From Pocillopora damicornis (Eukaryota), in assembly GCF_003704095.1 (NCBI RefSeq), contig NW_020844003.1, positions 1 through 64,000 on the forward strand: a stretch of 64,000 nucleotides of DNA. The letters run 5' to 3'. A model generated the notes under the pieces. It ran no database searches, was not told the origin of the DNA, and was given only the letters and a program-made list of their open reading frames with translations. A program made the position numbers and the translations under genes. Each line of letters starts with the position of its first letter. Position 1 is the first letter of the stretch. Positions 24,064-36,357 of this stretch are shown in pieces.

Positions 24064-25351
24064 ATGTCTGAACATTTTTGAACAGGCTTTAATGGCCTAT
24101 TTTCTCTTTGATCAATATCTGCAACAACTACAAAATGGCAACTGCAAGGAATTGATACCAGACTAATGTTAGGGAGTGGGGGATAGTGGACACTCCAGAA
24201 AAAATGACTGTATTTGTAATAAGTATCATTGACAATTTGTATTACTAAATATGTTAGAAATAACAAAGAGTGAAAAACTTATTTATAAGTTCTTACTGGC
24301 CCTCTAACTGGCCTCAGAAGCGTACTTCTCCTAATAAGGAGAAGATACATGTTCAAAGTGTTAGTTTGATTAGTTGTAGAGTAGCTAACTTAAAACAGAC
24401 TAATTTCATACTTGATTTGTTTCGTAAGCTGGTTTAAGTCTAAATTATTCAAAAAGAATGTTCATTTTTACACCAATTAGCATTAGTTTTTTTTCAAGGA
24501 CGTTGTTTAGGAAGTTGGTTTAAAAAATTTGTTTCTCAAACCAACCATGAAACAAATGAAAGTTTCATTTCATATGAAACACACTAATGAAAAAAAATAG
24601 AAGAAAGGACTCACAATACATGCATTAGCATCCAGCTTTTGGGATACAGGCTTTTGGCACATGTCAAAGTAATAATGTTAATTTTTTTAAGTACTATTGT
24701 AAGGGACAATGTTAATGTTTGAAATACAAGTAGAAGCTTAGAGAGAAATCTGTACAATCAATCAATAACTATAATAATAAAAAATATATTCTGTAGTTGG
24801 ATAACAAAGTAGTTGTGCATCATACATGAGATGGAGGTTTTCACTGCTTAAACATTTCCACATCACTGAACTTCACTTAGCTGTGGTAACCGTTCCACTT
24901 TAGAGAACTTGACATAATAAGTACACGAAGAAAATAAAATTGCAAGTAAGACATTCACAATACTTCTGATAAGAGCCAACTGGTTTTGCAATTTGATTGA
25001 AATTCACAGTAATTTGACGAGTACAAACAACATACAGACCAGTTACACACCTCAGCACTAGTCATATTAAACTCTGTGTACATTAATAACTATAGTAATA
25101 AAAAGGATGATGGTTGTAAATAAAGTTCAAAATATGTGTAAAATATATGCAATGCATGTGCATGACATGCCCTTGTTAAATATCCACCTTCAGAATCCCA
25201 CCTTCAAAAGTGACAGGAGAAAACCATCTGTAAATAAAACTACCCCCCTTCCCCCTTCCCCCTCCCCCCAACCCTAAGAAATGCACCAAACAAGAAAGAT
25301 TATTTTCAACAAAGGCTTTATTACATGTTGGACATTTTACAGATGAATTCA

Positions 25352-28300
25352 TTAGCGTTTTCCTCCAACACGAGGAGCCTTTGTCTGCACAGGTTTGGCT
25401 GCTTTTTGCTTCTGTCTGATGGGCTGTTGTTGCTGTGCCTAAAGAAATTGAAGTGTACAAATTTAATGTCTGATAAAAAAGTAATTTGTTTTCCCTAAGC
25501 GCCAGCTGCCTGCAAATTTGCTCTGTAAAGCACAGCTGGCACTTCTGAGGTTACACACTTAACAAATGTTCAATACAGAACACTACAGTGGGATTAAAAA
25601 TATTTAAATATAACCCTAACTAACCTCTGAATTAGTGACAATACAGCAAGTAAAGTAACTGAAAGAAATCATTGTTTTGAACTATTTTTAATTGCAACTT
25701 CTTTTCATTTCCTTCATTCCCCATTTTGTAAACAAGAAGCTTAGAAACCCCTCATTCAAAGTGTTGCAAATGACTGGAAACAAATAGTCATAACCAGACC
25801 ACGTCTCTCCTTGAAGCATCTCAGTTGAAATTTCAGCCACTAAGCTTAATTCTAGCTACAATCCTTAGTAAAGAAAGCCACTAACAAAGATTCATACCTT
25901 GGTAGCCTTCTTTTGTTGCTCTTTAGCCCTTGACTTCTCCTTTGCAGCCCTTTGGGAAAAAATGAAGAATATTGTGATATTGAAGAAATTTGTACAACAA
26001 TATAAACTTAAATGAAATTATGTCTACCTGTCCAGAACACTTTTCTCAGGGTTTTGATGAATGTTAAATCAGAGATTCTCTGTGAGGATCTCAAACAATG
26101 TAGGTATATTAAATCATCATGGAATTATGTCTGGACAACAAGGTTGTACTTCAGTGTATTTTTTTCTGAAGCAGCAGTGTTATAGTGAGCCTAATTTTAT
26201 AGAGATCAATGAGAAACCAGAATTCATCTGTTCTGAAATCACAATATCTTCAATGCCTACGAAAACACACCATTTAGATTTCCACTAGGGAAGACATAAA
26301 AAGTCATCATGGTTACCAGGTTCAACATTATAACACCCTTCCTTTGATTTGCTGGACTAAATGCAGGGCTAAAAATTAACTCCAGTGCTTAGTGGCCAGT
26401 CGGGCCAGTTTCCTTGAATTCTTAGTGGCCCATCCCAAAATAAAGTTGCCCTTGATTTCCACTATTTTAAAATGAAAAACTTGAATAAACGCCCCATGGC
26501 TTTTAACGGAGCATTAATTAAAGGAAAGAACACAAAAGTCCAGAGTCATGTGGCAATCACAAAATCAAAATGGCATCTATATGATGTGAATGTGGATCGC
26601 TCATGAAATTACTGATAAAACGGCTAGGAATTTCCACTTCAGAACTAAAACTTCACTAAGATGGATGATTTTAGAGTCCAGTCCAAGAAACAAAGAGAAA
26701 GGTAGTCCAGTTAAATTACATACTGAGTTCTATTTTTAACTTTGTACTTTGCATAATTTACACTGCAACTTTTTGAAATTCTGTAGCATAGTTGCATATC
26801 GGGCATTCAAATCTTAACTTTTGGTGGTCCTGGTCAGTTTTAACTTGCCACTGGCGACTGTGCACCATCAATTTTTAGCCCTGCTAAATGTACTCATTAA
26901 ACCAACCTGATGGCTTGTTCACGCTGGGCTTTTCTGACTTCAGGTTTCTGGTTTCGCTTAGCCAAGATGTTCTCTAGAGTTGCCCCCTGAACTGAACGCT
27001 GAAACTTGACATTACGTCTTGTTCGCTTTTTGGAGACTTCCTCTGTCGTACCCTTCTTGTGCTTTCGCCGATAGAGCACAGTCCATGTAATCTTACGAGG
27101 ATTGCGGTGCATTAACAAGGCTCGCTCGCATTTCTTGTTGAGGAAGTTGAAGACCTAACCACAAAACAGAACAAATCTCAGTAGGGAGCTCACCCTAACA
27201 AACAACTTGTTAAAGTAACCATAAACAGGGGTTCTAGTAACTTTTTCCACAAGTGGCTGCCAAAGGTGTAATAAGTGGCTGTTAACAGTTAAGGGTCCTA
27301 AGGAAAAACCCAAACAGGAGTAAGTGTTTGCAGGCTAAACAAACACCAGTTAGAGGTCTTACAAGCATTAGCACACAGCCAGTAACCTGCTTTTATGAAT
27401 ACCCCTGTCATAAGGTCTTTCACCCATCTTTTTAATTTCAACTTACAATCAGCAAAAACCGACAAGGTCCTCTTCAACAACAGTGGTACAAATACAGAAT
27501 CCAATGCCAAGTCTATACATATCTCAATTAGTTTGGGAGCTCAAGATTTATGTTGCATGATAGCTAACATGGGGTATGCCTGAATCCACCATTACCATAA
27601 AAATCAAGAGTGAACTGTCTAATTACTTTATGATAAATTTATGAATTCTTCAGAACCTAAAAAGACAGGCCAATGTCTTATTTTCATTTTACTTTTTAAA
27701 CAAGACAATGAAAATATTCAAACTAAATTACTTTCTATCATGGAGTAGATACCAAGTAGTAACCATTCGGATTGCAGCATTTGCAACAGAATGCTAGTAC
27801 ATTTACACTTAATGACCAAAGTACCTGTTGTGTAATTCCTCTCTTTTTTAAAAATGTAGCCAATTAATTTACATGTACACCTGTATTCAATAGTTTCGCT
27901 ATACAAATAAAATTAAAAGCAAGAAGTACAGAGACACATTCGACTTTGAAAAAATCTTCTCTGACGTGTAAGAAGACAGACTAAAGAAACTACAAATCGA
28001 ATGTATAAGTGTGCTTCCTCTTTCAATGGAATTACTGTTAGTCAGGGCAAAGAACAATTTCTGAAAAGCATTTATGCGAAAATCAAACTACCATCTACTG
28101 CAATTTCAGCTACTATACAACTCTATGACAGAACGTACCTTTCCATCCAGCCTAACATATCTCTTGCCATGGCCAGGGTAGATCTTGTACCCACTGTAAT
28201 TACACAACTCGAGCCTAGAAAATATGACCAATTCAATTTCATATTTCCAATCAAATAGAAGAATTTAGTAGACTATCAAGCAGACACAAGTAGTATTCCT

Positions 28301-28480
28301 AGCATGAGAGAGTCACTAAGAAGAGAAGGAAAATTGCACTTTTGTTAATTGTTATAATTTCAATTTTGTTCTCTGAAATAAAACTAAGAGAACTCTAGTA
28401 GCTTTGGATGTTTGATCTATGTTCTCAAGTGGTAGATAAATGTCTGGATGGGAAAGGATTTTAAAGATGACTTACTTCAT
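25352..28480 (-). CDS. RPL24: 60S ribosomal protein L24 (155 aa)
   Basis: Exons 28480-28476 (ATGAA), 28214-28139 ([16 protein letters not shown]), 27154-26907 ([19 protein letters not shown]), 25949-25898 and 25438-25352 (APRVGGKR-stop). Total 468 nt. Confidence 0.97.
26043..26124 (-). ncRNA. SNORD34: Box C/D snoRNA, SNORD34/U34 (snR62)-like, in RPL24 intron 3
   Basis: Box C ATGATGA (26120-26114) and guide TACCTACATTGT + D' TTGA complementary to conserved LSU rRNA ACAAUGUAGGUA. Box D CTGA at 26049-26046, terminal TTC/GAA stem, ~95 nt from the 3' splice site. Confidence 0.85.
26364..26883. mobile_element. Non-autonomous DNA transposon (hAT/P-like) in RPL24 intron 3
   Basis: 14-bp perfect TIR CAGGGCTAAAAATT, flanked on both sides by CTAAATG (7-bp target duplication). 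Confidence 0.8.
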
Positions 28481-28634
28481 CGCTGTACGATGATTATTTT
28501 GGTGGAAGAGAAGGAACTAAGAAGCGCATGAGCAGTAAGTCATATCTATGGGGCAAAGTGCATTATGGGAATTTGAACATGGCGGCCTTAAAGTCAAATA
28601 GCGAAAATTCTTAACGCAATTTTAAAGAAAATTC
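28481..28634. promoter_or_regulatory. Compact bidirectional promoter RPL24/CCDC28
   Basis: The two ATGs are only 154 bp apart. 5'TOP-like TTCCTTCTCTTCC on the minus strand (~28504-28516), NRF1-like GCGCATGAGCA, ZNF143/SBS-like GCATTATGGGAATTTG (~28560-28575) and YY1-like AACATGGCGGC. Confidence 0.7.
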
Positions 28635-29039
28635 ATGGCTAAGAGTATGGAAGCGCAAAGTAACAGTACAGCTAAATCTAAAGAGGTAAAAGGAAGTGAG
28701 AAATCACAGGTTAAGGCCACCCCGAAAATGCAAGAACATTCTTTTTTAACAGACAGAACAGACGTGAAACAAATGGAGAAAGGACTGTTAGATCTAATGC
28801 ACGATTTCAATCACGGCAAACTGTATGCATTTGGTAGGGATTGTACAATCGAAAAGATGGATAAAGTACGCGAACTTCAAGAACATTTGGCTCAGCTTCA
28901 CTTTGAAATTGACAATATGACGGAAGGATTTGGAGATGAAGAAGAACCAAGAAGTGGAGGCAATCTGGAGAAGTTAATGAAGAATTTGGAGACTCTTAGT
29001 TCGACCGTTCAGAGCTTGCATCAAGAAAGCTCATCGTAA
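28635..29039 (+). CDS. CCDC28: Coiled-coil domain-containing protein 28 (A/B-like), intronless
   Basis: EHSFLTDRTDVKQMEKGLLDLMHDFNHGKLYAFG...MDKVRELQEHLAQLHF...LMKNLETLSSTVQSLH matches the CCDC28 family signature. Confidence 0.92.
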   Translation: MAKSMEAQSNSTAKSKEVKGSEKSQVKATPKMQEHSFLTDRTDVKQMEKGLLDLMHDFNHGKLYAFGRDCTIEKMDKVRELQEHLAQLHFEIDNMTEGFGDEEEPRSGGNLEKLMKNLETLSSTVQSLHQESSS

Positions 29040-32000
29040 TATGAACTGGATGATTTAATTTATCGATAAAGACACAGCGAGATCACAAATTGAGATGATT
29101 GTGTATACGTGCAACTAAGTGTACTCACAGTAGTATGACGTTTGCCTGGCCAGCTTTCGATCAGAGACATTCTCTTCGATGTCTACTCCCATCCGAGTTA
29201 GAAAGATATTCTTAAGGGGGCTCCAAAGGTCTTTTGTGAAGAGGTAGTTGCAGTNNNNNNNNNNAGGGGACATGTCTATAGGGGAGAGGGTAGATTCTGA
29301 ATTAAACAACCATCAGCGACAGTGGTTGAGACAATGATTATTTAGTGTTCACCAACAATTGTGATGGTTTCGATCTTCCATGCCAGCTACAGGCTGTCAT
29401 CAAATGATTGTACATGTATTAAATTTAGTCCTGTATCAGCATCAGTATTGGTGTGGATTATCTGATGTGATTTATTTAAGGACACTTTTGAGTTCCTTGA
29501 TGGACTTTGGATAGGATAACAGACAGCACCTATGTGTCATGGGAAATTTTTGAAGGAAAAACTGTAATTTGGTGGTAATAACAGGCTACATTAGCTACAG
29601 CCATAACTGCACAACCCTTGTTTGATAAATAATTTGTTCACTAAGCATTCTTTAAACCATCCAAACCATCCAGTGTGTAGTGAACAAGACATCCAGAAGG
29701 TTATGGACTATACCCTTGTTTAGGAATTCATTTTGTATTGAAATTGTGGGTTCATAAGTTGTGAGTTCTTTTAATGCACAATCCACTTTCAAATTACAGT
29801 TTGTGAAGAAACAACAAGGGACCAATTTTTGGGTTGGGTGGAAATTTTATGTAGCCACGTAGATACCAAAATTGTGTAAAGGAAACCCTTTTTGTCTTAG
29901 AGACAAAAATTTTCCACAAAAACATAGTTAGAATTTCATTGGAAAAAAATTGTATCGGTGATGATGATTTAAATACTATAGGTAAAGACAGATATGTAGT
30001 AATTTATAAGGTATCTTATCACAGGTAATTGTAATAAATGGTGTTTACTTTGTGTGTTATACAAGGCAGTGGTTTCCCTGATCTTTTCCTGCCAAGTGAA
30101 GGTTTATTGACCTTGTGACTTGAATTACATGCAGAGCTTATCCCTGATTCTGTTTAAACTTGTAAAACACAGTGACCAGCATCTAATTTCCCCTTGCATT
30201 AATCTGAAACATTCATTTAGATCACAAGAGTAAAGGAAATTATGGAGAATATGCATACTGATGCTGATGTAAGGATGTAAAAGGTTAAGCCCTGACTAGA
30301 AATACTACCACACATCCTGGATAGGGTGCCTGTTAATTTCTGATGCTCTTTCGTTCCACCCATTTGTACTCTTTGGAGAAAGACAGAGTGGGAGTGAAGT
30401 GTCCTGCCCAAAAACACTACACACTTTTGAGGCCATAATGCAATCTATAGCAAATTATGTGTTCTGACTTCCTAATTTATACCTAATACAGCATCACACT
30501 TGGATTCTTGTTCAACTTAGTCAAAGTTCAATGACATTAAAGGGTGAAATGGAAGGGTACAAAAATAAAAACCCTTTATATTCAAATCACTTTTACAACT
30601 GTGCTAGTAAAGTGTTGCACCTGAGCAAGAGTAGAATTTCTCATTATTATATATTTGGGTAGAGACAAAATAATTCAACAAAATATATTACCCCATGCTG
30701 CTATATACTCAAAATCTGACCAGTCAAGGTGAAGCTTAAAAGAAGTTTTCAGGGCAAAATTTACTCAATCAACAATCTTAATAGGTCATTCTAAAGTTTG
30801 GTACTTAGTTGCTAAGCCTTTGATTCAGAGTAAGGTTGAAGGTGACCTTATTATGATAGAGACCAGTATGTAGTAAGCATGATAACAAAGTCATTTCTGT
30901 TTGAAAAAGCAGCAATGTTTGTATCATAACAAGGTAATCCTTAGCATCACTCCTGTTTGAAGGCTTGGGAACCAAGCTCGCAACTTTAAAGTGGACTATT
31001 ACTGTCAATCTTAAGAACAATTATGGGAAGCCTTAAATTATTTTAAGTACTGTGTCATGGCCAATCCTAGAGGGGATCAGGACATACGAGAAACCACAAA
31101 ATTATACACCATAACTATGATTATTTTTAGCTTTCTCATATTTGATTGGCCTTGTCTTCTCTACAAAAAAGACAGATTGGGGGCAAAACAATTCTCTGAG
31201 TTTGNNNNNNNNNNNNNNNNNNNNNNNNNNNNNNNNNNNNNNNNNNNNNNNNNNNNNNNNNNNNNNNNNNNNNNNNNNNNNNNNNNNNNNNNNNNNNNNN
31301 NNNNTAAAAACTGCCCTCAAACGCAGAATCAGTGACTGTGACTACACATTTCCTCCATATCTTAAGATATAACACTTTTATTCTGCTTGAAAGACTCCAC
31401 ACTTCCACTTCAAATTCCCCACCCAGCTAAGTAAGATTCAAATTCCCACCCCACCCCTTCTGAGCATGAAAGTATGTTGAGGCTTCATAAAGATTGGCGC
31501 ATAAGTCATGTTTGACACAGAGAAATTAAACGTATGCCACAACTCATCGATTCTAAAGTTGTATAGTCACAAACCTTCTTACAAAAAAAATGCTTAAAAA
31601 AGAGAGCCTTCATGATCCCTACTAGACTTCTAAATTTCTCTCCCCAATTTGTTTTTCTAAATCATTCCCTGTAAAACTCTGAATAAAAATTTACAGCTAC
31701 AAAATTTTCTTTCATTAACAGTACCACAATTATTAGAAAGTGCTATGACATGGTCTCCTCTTTCCAATCGCACACCTTCCAGAGGAGTGGCAAAACCTTT
31801 CACCCTTAATCCCATGATCCAAAGATCAATTCTCTCCACTGCTTTCCATGCATTTCCTTTTAAATTAGACAACTAAATTTGGTCCTGTATCAAGAAAATG
31901 CCCTCTTGCTGATAAATTTGTCAGTTCTCATAACCTCTCTGCATGGAGAATCAGCACATTAATCATTTCTGAGATAACCTCTTTCTAAATATCTAAGCAG

Positions 32001-32250
32001 AATTTGCAACAAAGCAAAAGCTAGTTAGGAGAGTTATGCGTTACATGTAGCTTGTGCATACAAGTCTTCATCCTTCCTTGTTGCCCTTAAGTAAACTTTG
32101 CAAACCAAGTATTGCTGCCGTATTATGGGAAGTATAAGTACTTCATAGTACAAACATTTTGTCTGAACTGGGAAAAAAGTCTGCAGTTTCATTCCACCTT
32201 CAGTCCATATCAATACACTAAGTCTTTTAACATGTTTTGTATCTTGCCAC

Positions 32251-35200
32251 TCAAATTGGTTTGTACAGCAAGGTTGAAACATATTTCTCCCTAAAGCGAT
32301 GCGTTCCACTTAACGTCATGACTCCATCCTAGAAAAGAAAATTAGAGTTGATTCCTTATAATTAAAACTGTATAAGCAAACATAGAGAAATAAGATTAAA
32401 GTAGGTTACAATTATTTATCATGGTGCAGACACTTATGATGAAGTGTTATACAAAGAAATATAATGAAGACCGTGAGGAGAATTGCTCTTGAAATATAAA
32501 GAGAAAGGGTTTGCATTGCCCCTGGAAATTTCAAGCAGAAAGTTTTCCACAAAAACAACTGAAAATAACAAGACAACTAAATAATGTACCTTTCACACAG
32601 AATTAAGATTACACTTAAATTGAGCTGCAACATGCCACACATACACATGTATGTACTAGGGGGAAAGTTTCTGAAGAAACTGTTGAGCTGCGTCAGTGGG
32701 AAGAGTTTAGCAGGGTCATTTGGTATTATCATCTGAGTTGATAACATGAATTGACCACTGTAAAAAGTTTGAAAGCTGATGTTTCAAGCATTAGCCCTTT
32801 GTCATAGCAAATAGCTAACTCTTTATGGTGGCCAATTTACATTATCAACTCAGTTGATAATACTAAATTACATGTATATAGGACCAAAGCCCAGTTGTGC
32901 AATAACCCAGGGTTAAATTGTAATAAATTTTTCTTCATTTTTCTGTTCAAAAGCCTTTTTGGGATGATTTTGCCTATTCTTTTAAGAACATCCATTCATC
33001 AAATTGTAGACAAAAAGAATGAAAACTGAATATTCTTCCAAAGCTTTAAGATCTGAAATGAACTTTTACAGTAACCCTGGATTATCTTAACCCAGCTTTG
33101 AACAACCAACCTCTGCAGAAATATTCACATACCTTTATAGAGAGAGCATATAAGTGATTTAGAGACACATGGTTTGGTTCTGGTAAAAGGGAAGGGTCAT
33201 TGTGATCCACCACATCTTTGTTTAGTATTACATGGAGCAAATGTGGAGGAAGAACTGGAGGTACGCTAGAATGCATCCCATCTTGTACTATAACAGGGTT
33301 GTGATGTGATGGAATAAGTTGGCCATAAGAGCCAGGTGGAGATCCTGATACTGATTCTAAAAGAAAAAATATTCAATTTCAATAACAAAATTTCTTTCTT
33401 AACAAAAAACATAAAAATAAATTCAGTCACCATTTTTTTTAAATTCAAACTTGCAATGACAAGTCACCCTTTAACTCACTTTAACTTTAAGTGACTGGGA
33501 CAGAATTTCTCCTTACAATACCAATACAATATCAAACAGACAAGTGATGAGAATAAAGAAAAATATTAAATAAGGGGATTATTAGTTGATCAAAGACCAA
33601 ATTCTCCAAACTAACATCACAAGAACTATGTGGCAAATAGTAAGGGGAATTACTAATGAGATCTTGGGAGTAAAGGATTAAGCACTGGATACATGTAACA
33701 GGCTAGATAACACATGACTATACCACAGTTTTCTACAAACCACAAAGCATGTTACTGAGTCTAATTATACAAGGCTTGATATAATTTTCTTGCTAGCACT
33801 GCTCAAGTTGTCCAGTCAAAGACAGAACCCACTTTGACCAAACAAATACATGTAATATCCATTATACCATATTTCAATAAATATCCTCCTTCCTTAAAAT
33901 ACAGGTGTATTTACCGATGCTTTTAATGTGCTTGAAGCCTCAAACCCAATGCATGAAAAATAATTTACACCATATTTAAAACCTGAACTTGGCTTGGAAT
34001 AAAATTCTTCTTTAACCCTTTAACTCCCATGAGTGACCAAGAGAGAATTTCTCCTTACAATATCAATACAATATCAACCAGGTTAGTGTTAAGAATGAAG
34101 AAAAATATCAATTTGGACATAATTAGTTGATCAAATACCAAATTCTTTTAACTACCATTATTAGGGTTGTATAGTTGATAGTAATGAGAATTCAAATTTG
34201 ATCTAGGACATAAAGGGTTCAATGCCTAATCTGCCAGACAAAATGTTTGGCCATCAAGGAGCTGACCAGACATGATATTTTAAGAGGTTGTTATGTTACA
34301 CCCTGATTACAGGTACAATATAGCACAAATTACAATGATATTTCGGTTACAAATACTCAGTTTCAATTTAAAATAAAAATCAAAACATAAGCACTCACTG
34401 ATTGATCCAGCAGAACCAATACTTGCACTAGCATCAGACTCCAGAGCTTGAAACACTTCAAAGTCAGACTTCTTTACATTGATCACATTGTTTCTACCTC
34501 CAAAATTGTCATTTGTAGTTGGCTATTAAGATGAAAAAATAGAATGAGGAGATCACAGCTTTAAATCCTTGCAGTTTCTGGATTGTCGTCAATAATGATT
34601 ATTTATTATAACACGTATTGATCCAGTGTTCTCCTTTTCAGGTGGTAGGCTGTAAACTTGACAGCCTATAGTACATCCAATTACCAACTCAAAATGCTTA
34701 GAATTCTTGAAAATTCAACTGGAAAACCAATTGCTCATCTGGTTAGAAAATTTATTTTCCCAGTTGTGCTTAGGATAAGGGGAAACACTGGTGATCAAGA
34801 GTGAACAGATATGTTTTGTTATCAGCACTAGCCTAATTTGAGCACCTGTTGAACAATGTGAATTACCTAATGAGTGTGTCTTCCTTGTCACCAAAACCAA
34901 ATTATTCCTTGAAGGTCACCAAAATTTTAGGACCCTTAAAAGTGCTTGCAACCCCAATTTGGCTAAACATTTTGGTTTCATGACCACAAATTAATAATCC
35001 TAGTACTGTTACCAATCTTTATAGTATTGTCTCATTAAATACACTTACAGCATTTGGGTCATGGATCCAGCGGCCATCCACACAAAACTTATACTCATGC
35101 TCCCCTTCTGGAAGTTCAAGTATTGCTGAGAATTCTCCTTGGCTACAAACAGGGAAATAAGGCATATCCTCAACACCAGTAACTTACTTATTGAACATGT

Positions 35201-36357
35201 ACATAACAGGGGCTGGTCACTAGTAAAAACAACATCAAATGTTGTAGGAAATCAACAAAAGTGAATCAACCAAAGTGAATGACTGAGAAACAAAGGGTTG
35301 TTACAATGACAGTCATACAGTACAATACTGTGGGTCCTTGGTAAAAAAAAAAAAAGGTTGGAATCTACTGATGGCATACTAAACAGTTATTACTCAGACT
35401 TCATAATAACTGACCTAAGATTCATTGGAATTCTTGTTTTCCAGTCATTGAAACTCCCCGAGAGTAAAACTTCCCGGCCACCATGTTCCCAACCAAATAC
35501 TGTTGGTACAGTCCTCTTCAGTGGAGGCTCTGGTTCCATGAGGTCATCATCAAAATCATAGTCACTTTCATCAAATTCGCGCTCTTTTGCTAACATCAAA
35601 TATGATTATATAAGATAAATTGAACTTTTCAGTAATGATAAAAAAGAGGCTACCATCCATCCCAAAGATGATTTTTGGGAAGAGGTTTGACAGTACAACT
35701 ATTTCATCCAATTACTGGTCTCCTCAAATTAATTATCCCTTGGTACAAATACTTTGGATTTCAACAAAAAATTCACTAATACAAGTTCATGACAATAACA
35801 ATACTTGTTACTGAGAATTACAGCAGAATGTCCACTGCAAAATCCCACAGGAAAGCATCATTAGCATGTAAACTGTAAACAAGCAGTAAGCAGTAATGTA
35901 TCTTGCAGACAGTTGACTCTCCTTCCTGATTTAGTTTAAGAGGAACCTGCAGCTTGCAAGGTTATCAAAGTTATCTGATAAAGAGAGTTTCTTGTTGTAC
36001 AGGGTTTAACCTTTTAACTCCCATGAGTGACCAAGACAGAAATTCCCCCCATTATATTGATACAATATCAAGCATATAAGTGATGAGAATTGAGAAAAAA
36101 GATCACTGAGGGGATTATTAGTTGATTCTATACCGCATTCTCCCAACTAAAACAAAAAGAATTATATGGTAAACAGTATGGAGAATTGCTAATGAAATCT
36201 TGGAATGAAAGGGTCAACTCCCAACATGTAGACACACACCTGATGAAACCATTTTGGCTTCCTGTCCACTTGGGAACATCTTCTTGCCAGTTTCAAATTC
36301 TAATGTAGAATCTGAGCTGTGCACATCCTTATGTTTTCCTAGTCCAGTGTTGCCCAT
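32251..36357 (-). CDS. PRKAB1: 5'-AMP-activated protein kinase subunit beta
   Basis: Exons 36357-36240 (MGNT myristoylation start), 35589-35415 (PTVFGWEHGGREVLLSGSFNDW), 35142-35049 (LPEGEHEYKFCVDGRW), 34522-34399, 33356-33133 (SGSPPG; PPVLPPHLL; LPEPNHVSLNHLYALSIK) and 32328-32251 (KYVSTLLYKPI-stop). Likely noncoding exon ending ~36938. Single pro-orthologue of PRKAB1/2. Confidence 0.96.
32660..32871 (-). mobile_element. Degenerate copy of the hammerhead-bearing (Penelope-like) repeat with a partial inverted copy
   Basis: The reverse strand reads GCTATGACAAAGGGCTAATGCTTGAAACATCAGC, followed by the same body as 52077-52232. A partial forward copy GGTGGCCAATTTACATTATCAACTCAGTTG is adjacent. 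Confidence 0.65.
32889..33110. mobile_element. MITE (family shared with 41302-41538)
   Basis: Shared body ending AACCCTGGATTATCTTAACCCAGCTTTGAACAACC, with a degenerate GCCCAGTTG terminus. Confidence 0.6.
34012..34221. mobile_element. Abundant ~210-bp TTAA-CCC MITE (piggyBac-like ends); other copies ~4650-4925, 16052-16394, 31795-31970, 33468-33681, 36006-36216, 54215-54335, 56609-56822, 58810-58925
   Basis: Termini TTAACCCTTTAACTCCC ... AAAGGGTT(A)A and a shared internal body (AGAATTTCTCCTTACAATATCAATAC ... GGGGATTATTAGTTGATC). Confidence 0.8.

Noticed and set aside
26220-26315. Second C/D snoRNA candidate (ATGATGA at 26310-26304)
   Set aside because: No CTGA box D at a suitable distance and no recognisable rRNA guide.
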